From an uncultured delta proteobacterium (GTDB taxonomy: Bacteria > Myxococcota > Myxococcia > Myxococcales > Anaeromyxobacteraceae), in assembly GCA_963766715.1 (NCBI GenBank), contig CAVYBH010000003.1, positions 1 to 26,358 of the forward strand: 26,358 nucleotides of DNA, written 5' to 3'. The translations under genes and the position numbers were made by a program. The notes beneath the pieces were generated by a model. That model did not search any database, had not been told where the DNA came from, and was given only the letters and a program-made list of their open reading frames with translations. Positions 1 through 7,876 of the stretch are shown piece after piece (the first letter of the stretch is position 1; each line of letters starts with the position of its first letter).

Positions 1-570
1 TCCCCGGACCTACCTCGGCCTGATCGGCTCGGCAGCAGCCCGACCGCGTCGCCGCCGTGCTCAGAGGCGCCAGCCCTCAGTACGCCGAGTTCGCCGACGG
101 CGCCGCGCGAGTCCGGGACGAGATGATTCGCGAGGCCTGGAACGCCGAGCGCGGCGCCTTCGCCTCCACCTACGGCGGCTCCGAGCTCGACGCCGCCATG
201 TTGCAGATGCGCCGCTCCGCTTCCTCCCGCCGGCCGATCCCCGCCTCGGCTCCACGGTCGACGCGGTCGCCGCGGGCTGGGGCGGGAGGGCTGGATCTGG
301 CGCTACGCGGGCGACGACGGGCTGGGCACCCCGCAGGTGGCCTTCGTGCTCTGCACGTTCTGGCTGGTGGAGGCGCTCTCGGTGCTGGGCGGCCAAGGAG
401 GCCCGCCGCGTCCTCTCGCACGCGACCACCGCCCTGACCCCGCTCGGCCTGCTCTCCGAGGACTACGACCCGCGGGGCGAGCGCTGGGGCAACTTCCCCC
501 AGGCGTACTCGCACGTGGGGCTCATCCGGGCGGCCTTCGCGGCCTCGCCGCCGTGGAGCGACGTGTCTAG
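1..570 (+). CDS. Glycoside hydrolase family 15 protein (glucoamylase/trehalase-like), C-terminal part; truncated by the window edge and frameshifted
   Basis: Joining frames gives GH15 C-terminal motifs: 'AWNAERGAFASTYGGSELDAAMLQM', 'AFVLCTFWLVEAL', 'PLGLLSEDYDP...WGNFPQAYSHVGLIRAA'. Probable stop TAG 568-570 needs one more indel. Confidence 0.85.
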
Positions 571-607
571 GGGATGCGGGCGACTGCAGCACCGGCGGCA
601 CCGCAGC

Positions 608-637
608 GCCGTTCCCGGGACCCGAACGGCCCGTTTT
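608..637 (+). terminator. Putative intrinsic terminator after the GH15 gene
   Basis: Stem GCCGTTC (608-614) / GAACGGC (624-630) with a 9-nt loop, followed by CCGTTTT. Confidence 0.45.
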
Positions 638-664
638 GGGCTACAAGCGCCCCGCGCGCATCGG

Positions 665-702
665 TAGAATTCGCGTCTTCGAAACATTTCTCCAAGAGGT
701 GA
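665..702 (+). promoter_or_regulatory. Putative sigma70 -10 element (TAGAAT, 665-670) and SD (GAGGTGA, 696-702) for hss
   Basis: AT-rich patch in GC-rich DNA with a near-consensus -10. SD lies 7 nt upstream of ATG 710. No convincing -35. Confidence 0.5.
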
Positions 703-709
703 CGTCCAC

Positions 710-2165
710 ATGGTCGAGTTCGGAAAGCGGATCCTGTTCGTCGGGTACGGCGCGGTGGCCCAGTGCACGCTGCCCATCCTCATGAAGCACGTGAAGGTGA
801 GCCCGAAGAACATCACGGTGATGGACTTCGAGGACCGGCGGGAGGCGCTCGCACCCTGGCTGAAGAAGGGCGTCCAGTTCGTCCAGAAGAAGATCACCCG
901 CTCGAACATGACCTCGGTGCTGAAGAAGCACGTCGGCCCCGGCGACGTCCTCATCGACCTGGCCTGGAACATCGACGGCTGCGAGATCCTCCAGTGGTGC
1001 CACGACCACGGCGTGCTCTACGTGAACACCTCGGTCGAGGTCTGGGATCCGTACGAGGGCGCCGAGGACAAGCACCCCACCGAGCGCACCCTCTACTGGC
1101 GCCACATGAACCTGCGAAGATGATCGCCGGCTGGAAGGAGAAGGGCCCCACCGCGGTGCTGGAGCACGGCGCCAACCCCGGGCTGATCTCCCACTTCACC
1201 AAGCAGGGGCTCCTCGACATCGGCAAGAAGATGCTGAAGGACGGCAAGGCGAAGGGGAAGGACGCCGAGGAGATCCAGCAGCTCATGAAGGACCAGGCCT
1301 GGAACAAGCTGGCCCGGAAGCTGGGCGTGAAGGTCATCCACTGCAGCGAGCGCGACACGCAGATCACGAACAAGCCGAAGGAGGTGGACGAGTTCGTGAA
1401 CACCTGGAGCATCGAGGGCTTCCGCGAGGAAGGCACGACCACCGCGGAGATGGGCTGGGGCACCCATGAGAAGGAGCTCCCCGCCCTCGCGGTCGAGCAC
1501 GCCAGCGGCCCGAAGAACCAGATCTGCCTGGCGCGGATGGGCATGAACACCTGGGTGGTCTCCTGGGTGCCGGACTACCGCATCCTCGGCATGGTGGTCC
1601 GCCACGGCGAGGCGTTCACCATCTCCGACAAGCTGACGGTGTGGGAGAACGGCAAGGCGGTCTACCGCCCCACCGTCCACTACGCCTACTGCCCGTGCGA
1701 CTCGGCCATCGTCTCCCTGAACGAGCTGCGCGGGCACGACTACGAGCTGCAGCCCACCTCCGCATCCTGAACGACGAGATCACCAGCGGCTCCGACATCC
1801 TCGGCGCCCTCATCATGGGGCACCCCTACAACTCCTGGTGGGTGGGCAGCGACCTGTCCATCGAGGAGTCGCGCCGGCTCGTCCCGCACCAGAACGCCAC
1901 CACCATGCAGGTGGCCATCTCGGTGGTCGCGGCCACCATGTGGATGATCGAGAACCCGGAGCGCGGCGTGGTGGTGCCGGACGACCTTCCGCACGAGTAC
2001 GTGCTCAAGATCGCCAAGCCCTACCTGGGGAAGTGGATCTCGAAGGCCTCCGACTGGACCCCGCTCAAGCACTACACGAACGCCTTCCAGGGCCACAACA
2101 ACCCGCAGATCGACACCTCGGACCCCTGGCAGTTCAAGAACTTCCTCATCACCGACGGCGACTAG
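710..2165 (+). CDS. hss: Homospermidine synthase (two apparent single-base deletions near 1116 and 1757)
   Basis: ORFs 710..1123, 763..1770 and 1641..2165 join into one protein. Rossmann 'ILFVGYGAVAQ' plus HSS-family motifs 'HGANPGLISHF', 'FVNTWSIEGFREEG', 'YRPTVHYAYCPCD', 'QNATTMQVA'. Confidence 0.9.
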
Positions 2166-2187
2166 CGGCGAGCCCCGGGAGGGACAC

Positions 2188-3327
2188 ATGATCTCCGCGA
2201 AGCGCCTCCAGAAGCTGGCCCAGAAGCACGGCACGCCGATCTTCGTGGTCGACCACGACGAGATCCGGCAGAACTACGCCACGTTCAAGAAGTACCTGCC
2301 CCGGGTGCAGGCCTACTACGCGGTCAAGGCCAACTCCGATCCGGCCATCGTGAAGACGCTCTTCAACGCCGGGGCCAGCTTCGACGTGGCCTCGATGCCG
2401 GAGTTCATGATCGTCTACGAGAACATCCACGACATGCCGGCGAAGGAACGGCAGGACTGGATCTGGGACAAGATCATCTACGCCAACCCGATCAAGGCGA
2501 ACGGGACGCTGCGGCAGCTCGACCATACAGGCCGCTCGTCACCTACGACAACCTCGAGGAGATCGGGAAGATCAAGAGTACGCGCCCCGGGCCGGGCTCG
2601 CGCTGCGACTGCGCGTGCCCAACACCGGGGCCATGGTGGAGCTCTCCTCCAAGTTCGGCGCGTCGTCGGGCGAGGCGGTGGACCTGATCCTCGAGGCCGT
2701 GAAGCAGGGGCTCACGGTCGAGGGGATCAGCTTCCACGTCGGCAGCCAGACCACCAACTTCGACAACTACGTGCAGGCGCTGAACCTGGCCGCCAACGTC
2801 TTCCGGGAGGCCAAGGCCCGGGGCTACGGGAAGATGTTCCTGGTCGACATCGGCGGCGGCTTCCCCGCCCCCTACGACGACACGGTGAAGCCCTTCCACG
2901 AGCTGGCGAAGGTGCTCAACCGCGAGATCGACCGGCTCTTCCCCAAGGACATCCAGATCCTGGCCGAGCCGGGGCGATTCCTGGTGGCCACCGCCGGCAC
3001 CGTGGTCTGCACCGTCATCGGCAAGGCCATCCGCGACGGGAAGCTCTGCTTCTACGTCGACGACGGCGTGTACCACACCTTCTCGGGCGTCATCTTCGAC
3101 CACTGCCACTACCACTTCGACGCCTTCAAGAAGGGGCCCGAGGAGACCTGCTCGGTCTTCGGGCCCACCTGCGATGCGCTCGACATGATCTCGATGTCGG
3201 AGCGGCTGCCGCGAACCTCAAGCTGGGCGACCTCGTCTACAGCAAGAACATCGGGGCCTACAGCCACGCCTCCTCGACTTCCTTCAACGGGTTTCCGCCG
3301 GCCAAGGTCGTGCACGTGAACCAGTAG
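2188..3327 (+). CDS. Fold-type-III (alanine racemase fold) PLP-dependent ornithine or lysine/ornithine decarboxylase; frameshifts near 2527, 2580-2600 and 3212
   Basis: Motifs 'YYAVKANSD' (PLP lysine), 'FDVAS', 'IYANPIK', 'SFHVGSQ', 'DIGGGF', 'AEPGRF', 'DDGVYHTFSGVIFDH', 'GPTCDALD', 'IGAYS'. SD GGAGGG upstream; 22 nt after the hss stop. Confidence 0.9.
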   Translation: MISAKRLQKLAQKHGTPIFVVDHDEIRQNYATFKKYLPRVQAYYAVKANSDPAIVKTLFNAGASFDVASMPEFMIVYENIHDMPAKERQDWIWDKIIYANPIKANGTLRQLDHTGRSSPTTTSRRSGRSRVRAPGRARAATARAQHRGHGGALLQVRRVVGRGGGPDPRGREAGAHGRGDQLPRRQPDHQLRQLRAGAEPGRQRLPGGQGPGLREDVPGRHRRRLPRPLRRHGEALPRAGEGAQPRDRPALPQGHPDPGRAGAIPGGHRRHRGLHRHRQGHPRREALLLRRRRRVPHLLGRHLRPLPLPLRRLQEGARGDLLGLRAHLRCARHDLDVGAAAANLKLGDLVYSKNIGAYSHASSTSFNGFPPAKVVHVNQ

Positions 3328-3338
3328 CGAGGCGACGC

Positions 3339-3737
3339 ATGCCGCATCTCCAGTTCGAGGTGAACTTCCAGGTCGCGCCGGAGGAGAAGACCCGCTTCGC
3401 CGCGTCCGTGATCCGGCACTTCTCCGAGATCATGGACACCGGGACCGACCACATCGCGGTCACGCTCCGCTGCTACGCCCCGGAGGACCTCACCTTCGGC
3501 CGGGCGGCGGCGAGCGGCGGGCGAACGGCCTTCGTGAACGCCGACATCCGCCTCGGACGGACGAAGGAGCAGAAGCGGAGGCTCGCCCTCGCCTACATCG
3601 ACGAGATCTCGCGCACATGGGGTCTTTCGCGGGAGGCGGTCTACGTCATCTTCACCGAGCACGACGGCGAGCATTTTCAGCTGTCGGATCGGGTACTTCC
3701 ATCCTGGTCGTCCGGGGAGGATCCGCTGCGCGATTAG
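3339..3737 (+). CDS. Tautomerase superfamily protein (Pro-1, probably two beta-alpha-beta units)
   Basis: N-terminal Met-Pro 'MPHLQFEVN', 'DIRLGRTKEQKRRLA' and 'VYVIFTEH' patterns. 132 aa; starts 11 nt after the decarboxylase stop, with GAGG upstream. Confidence 0.75.
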   Translation: MPHLQFEVNFQVAPEEKTRFAASVIRHFSEIMDTGTDHIAVTLRCYAPEDLTFGRAAASGGRTAFVNADIRLGRTKEQKRRLALAYIDEISRTWGLSREAVYVIFTEHDGEHFQLSDRVLPSWSSGEDPLRD

Positions 3738-3792
3738 CAGTACCATTGAAGAGAAGACGGCTTCGCCGCGTCTGCATCCCAGAGGTGACGCC

Positions 3793-4846
3793 ATGAAGTG
3801 CTTCTCTCGCGCCTTGGTGCTGTCCGCATCGCTCGCCCTGATACCGGCGCTCGCCGGCGCGGAGGACTACGCGCCTCAGCCGGTCCAGCCCGACTCCACC
3901 GAGCCGAACTGGGTACCGCCTCCTCCCACCCAGTTCGACGCCACGACCGGCGAGGAGGTCGCGGTGCAGCCGTCCGCGCCCTCCGGCCAGTGGGTCTACA
4001 CGAGCCAGTACGGCTGGGTGTGGATGCCCTACGGGAACGCGTACACGTACATCCCGACCACCGGGACCCCCAACATGTACGTCTACTACCCGGCGGTCGG
4101 GTGGTCCTGGGTCGTTGCACCGTGGGTGTGGGGCTGGGGCGCGATGCCCTGGTTCGGCTACGCGGGCTACGGCGGATACCCCTGGTACGGCTACGGCTAC
4201 GGGCGCTGGTACGGTTACGCCCGCCCCTACGCCTACGCCGGCTGGTACGGCGGCGGCTACTACCACGGCGGCCACTGGAACGCTCCTCCCCCGCGGCCCG
4301 GCGGCGTGCCTCCTGCGCCGCCTCGCGCGGGCGGCGCCCCCGCTGCGCGCGCCGGCGGACCGGGCGCCCCGCCTCGCGCCGGAGCTCCGGCGCACCCCCC
4401 CGGGCCGGCGTATCGGGCGCGGCTCCTCGCGCCGGCGTTCCAGGCACGGCCCCTCGCGCCGCGGCGGGCGCCTCGCCCCGCGTCGGAGCGGTTCCCCCGG
4501 CCGGACGGGCGTACCGGGCCAGGCTGCGGTCTCGCCAGGCCGGGCCTACGCGCCGCCGGGCAGGGCGGCCGGCGTGCCGGCATCGGTCTCGGCCGGACGA
4601 GGCTACACGGCAGCGGGCCGCGCCTTCACGTCCCCGTCGCGCACCTTCTCCTCGGTTGGACAGGGCTTCTCGCGGAGCTACGCCGCGGCGGCGCCGCGAG
4701 GCGGCTTCGGCGGCGGAGGCTACGGGGGTGGCGGGCACGCCGCGAGCTTCGGTGGAGGGGCCGCACGGTCCGGTGGCGGCGGCTTCGGTGGAGGCGGGCA
4801 CGGTGGTGGCGGCGGGCACGGTGGTGGCGGCGGCGGACGCCGATGA
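3793..4846 (+). CDS. Exported protein: signal peptide, Trp/Tyr/Gly-rich domain, Pro/Arg/Ala repeats and Gly-rich tail (frameshifted)
   Basis: SD GAGGTGA; signal peptide 'MKCFSRALVLSASLALIPALAGA'; 'SGQWVYTSQYGWVWMPYG'. The repeats continue in the 3798 frame and the tail 'GGGGHGGGGGHGGGGGGRR*' is in the frame ending at 4846. Confidence 0.7.
4282..4500 (+). repeat. Degenerate ~27-nt coding tandem repeat (about 8 copies of a 9-aa unit, consensus near GAPPRAGxP)
   Basis: Across frames: APPPRPGGV, PPAPPRAGG, APAARAGGP, GAPPRAGAP, GAPPRAGVS, GAAPRAGVP, GTAPRAAAG, ASPRVGAVP. Confidence 0.65.
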
Positions 4847-4874
4847 CGCCGGCTTCGTGCTAGGAAAGGCGCCG

Positions 4875-5420
4875 ATGACCGCATCGGCACCTTTCCGTTC
4901 CCTGCTGCTCGCCATCCTGCTGCTCGCTCCGGCCGGGCGAGCCCTGCCCGCGGACCCTCCTGCCTCCACGCTGCCGCCCCTGCTCCCCAGCTCGTCCGTC
5001 GGTGCGGTGCTGCTCAAGCGGGGCGCGCTGGAGCTGACGCCGGAGCAGGTGAAGCAGCTCGAGCAGGTGCAGGCGCGGCTCGTCCGGGACCAGGCGGCCG
5101 CCCGGGAGGCGGCGGCCCACCCTCCGGAGCCGTCCGGTCCCGCCAACGCGCCTCCGCCCCCCAAGGCGACCGGAGCCGGCGGTGGTGGCCCAGGCCCCGG
5201 GATGTCCGGGGGGAAGACGCGCCCCCCTCCGAACATCCGCTCCAGCAGCGGTGCCGATCAGTCCCTTGCGCTCGAACAGCGGCTCGACGAGCTCGACACG
5301 GAGGCCTTCCTGAAGGCGGTGGAGCTCCTCCCCGAGGCACAGCGGGAGAAGGCCGTCGACGTCGCGTCCCGGTACCGGGAGCAGCTCTTCGAGCAGCGGG
5401 AGCGGGAGAAGAAGCGGTAG
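4875..5420 (+). CDS. Exported helical protein, Spy/CpxP (LTxxQ)-like
   Basis: ATG 4875 within ORF 3798..5420. Signal peptide 'MTASAPFRSLLLAILLLAPAGRA', 'LELTPEQVKQL', a second 'LLPEAQREKA', and a Pro/Gly linker between helical halves. Confidence 0.6.
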   Translation: MTASAPFRSLLLAILLLAPAGRALPADPPASTLPPLLPSSSVGAVLLKRGALELTPEQVKQLEQVQARLVRDQAAAREAAAHPPEPSGPANAPPPPKATGAGGGGPGPGMSGGKTRPPPNIRSSSGADQSLALEQRLDELDTEAFLKAVELLPEAQREKAVDVASRYREQLFEQREREKKR

Positions 5421-5503
5421 CGCGCCCCACTCCTACCCGTTTGGGTCCTACGCGCCGGGCCTCCCGGGGACCCGGGCAGGTCCCGTGGGAAGATGCTCGG
5501 CTC

Positions 5504-6226
5504 ATGAAACCGATCGTCAAGCCTGGCACCTCGGCGGCCCGCACCCTCTGCATCGACATCGGCGGGACCGGGCTCAAGTCGATGATCGTGTCGGCCCAGG
5601 GCAAGCCCCTCAGCGAGCGGGCCCGCATCCCGACCCCCCGGCCCGCCACGCCCCGGGCCGTCCTGGCTGCCCTGCAGCAGTCCATGCCCCCTCGAACCGA
5701 GTTCGACCGGGTCTCGGTCGGCTTTCCCGGCGTGGTGATCGACGGCGTCGTGAAGACGGCGCCCAACATGCACCGGAGCTGGGCGGGCTTCGACCTGGCC
5801 ACGGCCCTCCTCAAGGCCACCGGGCGCCCCACCCGCGCCCTGAACGACGCCGGCGTCCAGGGGCACGGGGCCATCCAGGGCCGGGGCGTGGAGATTTGCG
5901 TCACCCTCGGCACCGGCTTCGGCTTCTCGCTCTTCGTGAACGGGCACTACGTCCCCAACGTCGAGCTGGGTCACCATCCCTTCCGAAAGGGCAAGACCTA
6001 CGAGGACCTCCTGGGCGCCCGGGGGCTCGAGCAGGCCGGCAAGAAGAGGTGGAACCGGTCGCTCGATCGCGCCCTGCAGCAGCTGCAGGACACGTTCAAC
6101 TTCCGCGCCCTGTACATCGGGGGCGGCAACGCGAAGAAGGTCGCGCTGCGCCTGCCGAGAAACGTCCGCCTGGTGGAGAACGTGGCGGGCCTTCTCGGTG
6201 GCGTGAAGCTCTGGGAGCGGGACTAG
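5504..6226 (+). CDS. ROK family sugar kinase, polyphosphate glucokinase-like
   Basis: 'CIDIGGTGLK', 'VGFPGVV..GVVKTAPN', 'LNDAGVQG', 'TLGTGFG', 'PNVELGH', 'YIGGGN'. Lacks the Cys-rich Zn motif, as PpgK-type ROKs do. Confidence 0.8.
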   Translation: MKPIVKPGTSAARTLCIDIGGTGLKSMIVSAQGKPLSERARIPTPRPATPRAVLAALQQSMPPRTEFDRVSVGFPGVVIDGVVKTAPNMHRSWAGFDLATALLKATGRPTRALNDAGVQGHGAIQGRGVEICVTLGTGFGFSLFVNGHYVPNVELGHHPFRKGKTYEDLLGARGLEQAGKKRWNRSLDRALQQLQDTFNFRALYIGGGNAKKVALRLPRNVRLVENVAGLLGGVKLWERD

Positions 6227-6232
6227 CCGCGG

Positions 6233-7876
6233 CTACCCGGCCAGCGCGCGGGCCACGATCCGGCGAGCCTCCTCGACGATGGCGGCCAGGTGCTTCTCGT
6301 CCCGGAAGCTCTCCGCGTAGATCTTGTAGATGTTCTCCGTGCCGGACGGGCGCGCCGCGAACCAGCCATTCTCGGCGACCACCTTGAGGCCGCCGATGGG
6401 GGCGCCATTGCCCGGGGCCCGGGTGAGCTTCGCCACGATGGGCTCGCCCGCCAGCTCGGCGTCCTTCACGGCGTCCGGGGAGAGCTTCGAGAGCCGCGCC
6501 TTCTCGGCCGGCGTCGCCTCGGCGTCGATGCGGGTGTAGAGGGGCGATCCGAACTCGGCGGTCAGCTCCCGGTAGTGCTCGCCCGGCTCCTTCCCCGTCC
6601 GCGCCGTCATCTCGGCGGCGAGGAGGTTCAGGATCAGGCCGTCCTTGTCGGTGGTCCACACCGTCCCGTCGAGACGAAGGAAGCTGGCGCCCGCGCTCTC
6701 CTCCCCCCCGAAGCAGGTGGAACCGTCGAAGAGGCCGGAGACGAACCACTTGAACCCGACCGGCACCTCGGAGAGACGGCGCCCCAGCCGGGCCACGACC
6801 CGGTCGATCATGCTGGAGGAGACGAGCGTCTTGCCCACCGCCGCGTCCTTGCGCCAGCGGGGCCGGTGACCGAGGAGGTAGCGGATGGCCACCGCCAGGT
6901 AGTGGTTGGGGTTCAGGAGCCCGGCCGACGGCGTGACGATCCCGTGCCGATCGGAGTCGGGGTCGTTGGCGAAGGCCACGCGGAAGCGGTCCTTGAGGCC
7001 GACCAGGCCGGCCATGGCCCACGGGCTCGAGCAGTCCATCCGGATCTTGCCGTCGTGGTCGACGGTCATGAAGCCGAACCGGGGATCGACGACCGGGTTC
7101 ACCACCTTCACGTCGATCCCGTACTCGGCGTTGATGGGCTCCCAGTAGTGGCGCGCGGCGCCGCCCAGCGGATCCACCCCGAGTGACAGGCGGGCGTCGC
7201 GGATGGCCGGCATGTCCACGACGTTCACGAGGTCCTTCACGTAGGGGAGGACGAGGTCCTCCTGCCGGGTGGTGGCCGCCCGGAGCGCGGCCTCGTACCC
7301 CACCCGCCGGACGCCGGCGTTGCCGGCCCGGAGCAGCTCGTTGGCGCGGTCCTGCACCCAGCCGGTCACGTCGGTGTCGGCCGGGCCGCCGTTCGTCGGG
7401 TTGTACTTGAACCCTCCGTCCTCGGGCGGGTTGTGCGACGGCGTGACCACGATGCCGTCGGCGAGCCGGCCGTTGCGCCCGCGGTTGTGGGCCAGGATGG
7501 CTCGGGAGATGACGGGCGTCGGGGTGAACCCGTCGCCGGCCTGGACGACCGTCTCCACCCCGTTCGCCGCCAGCACCTCCAGGGCCGTCCGCTGGGCGGG
7601 GCCGGAGAGCGCATGGGTGTCCTTGCCCATGTAGAGGGGGCCGTCGGTGCCGGCCCTGGCCCGCCACTCGCAGATGGCCTGGGTGGTGGCGAGGATGTGG
7701 GGCTCGTTGAAGGAGCCGCGCAGCGACGACCCGCGGTGCCCGCTCGTGCCGAAGGCCACCAGCTGCGTGGGGTCGGAGGGATCGGGCTTGCCCTCGAAGT
7801 AGGCGCGCTCGAGGCAATCGAGGTCCACCAGGAGCTGCGTCGGCGCGGGCTTCCCCGCGAGCGGTGAGAGGGCCAC
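6233..7876 (-). CDS. pgm: Phosphoglucomutase, alpha-D-glucose phosphate-specific
   Basis: '[10 protein letters not shown]', '[15 protein letters not shown]', 'DPDSDRH', 'GEESAG', '[16 protein letters not shown]'. Intact 547 aa; GTG start abuts the glgP stop. Confidence 0.97.
   Translation of the reverse strand: MALSPLAGKPAPTQLLVDLDCLERAYFEGKPDPSDPTQLVAFGTSGHRGSSLRGSFNEPHILATTQAICEWRARAGTDGPLYMGKDTHALSGPAQRTALEVLAANGVETVVQAGDGFTPTPVISRAILAHNRGRNGRLADGIVVTPSHNPPEDGGFKYNPTNGGPADTDVTGWVQDRANELLRAGNAGVRRVGYEAALRAATTRQEDLVLPYVKDLVNVVDMPAIRDARLSLGVDPLGGAARHYWEPINAEYGIDVKVVNPVVDPRFGFMTVDHDGKIRMDCSSPWAMAGLVGLKDRFRVAFANDPDSDRHGIVTPSAGLLNPNHYLAVAIRYLLGHRPRWRKDAAVGKTLVSSSMIDRVVARLGRRLSEVPVGFKWFVSGLFDGSTCFGGEESAGASFLRLDGTVWTTDKDGLILNLLAAEMTARTGKEPGEHYRELTAEFGSPLYTRIDAEATPAEKARLSKLSPDAVKDAELAGEPIVAKLTRAPGNGAPIGGLKVVAENGWFAARPSGTENIYKIYAESFRDEKHLAAIVEEARRIVARALAG

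Noticed and set aside
630..640. Recurrent CCCGTTT(T)GG at about 630, 5436 and 16761-16769 (minus) as a shared regulatory motif
   Set aside because: Two copies are simply the tails after hairpins, and the motif is too short to support a claim.
1755..1775. TCC-TGA at the hss frame break, identical to the polyamine-regulated antizyme +1 frameshift site
   Set aside because: Continuing hss needs a -1 shift, not +1, and the break maps a few codons earlier. The other hss break is also -1 with no slippery heptamer. Single-base deletion errors explain both.
4282..4846. GC-rich repeats as a CRISPR array or non-coding repeat
   Set aside because: Units are degenerate, codon-phased and lack unique spacers; no cas genes are present.
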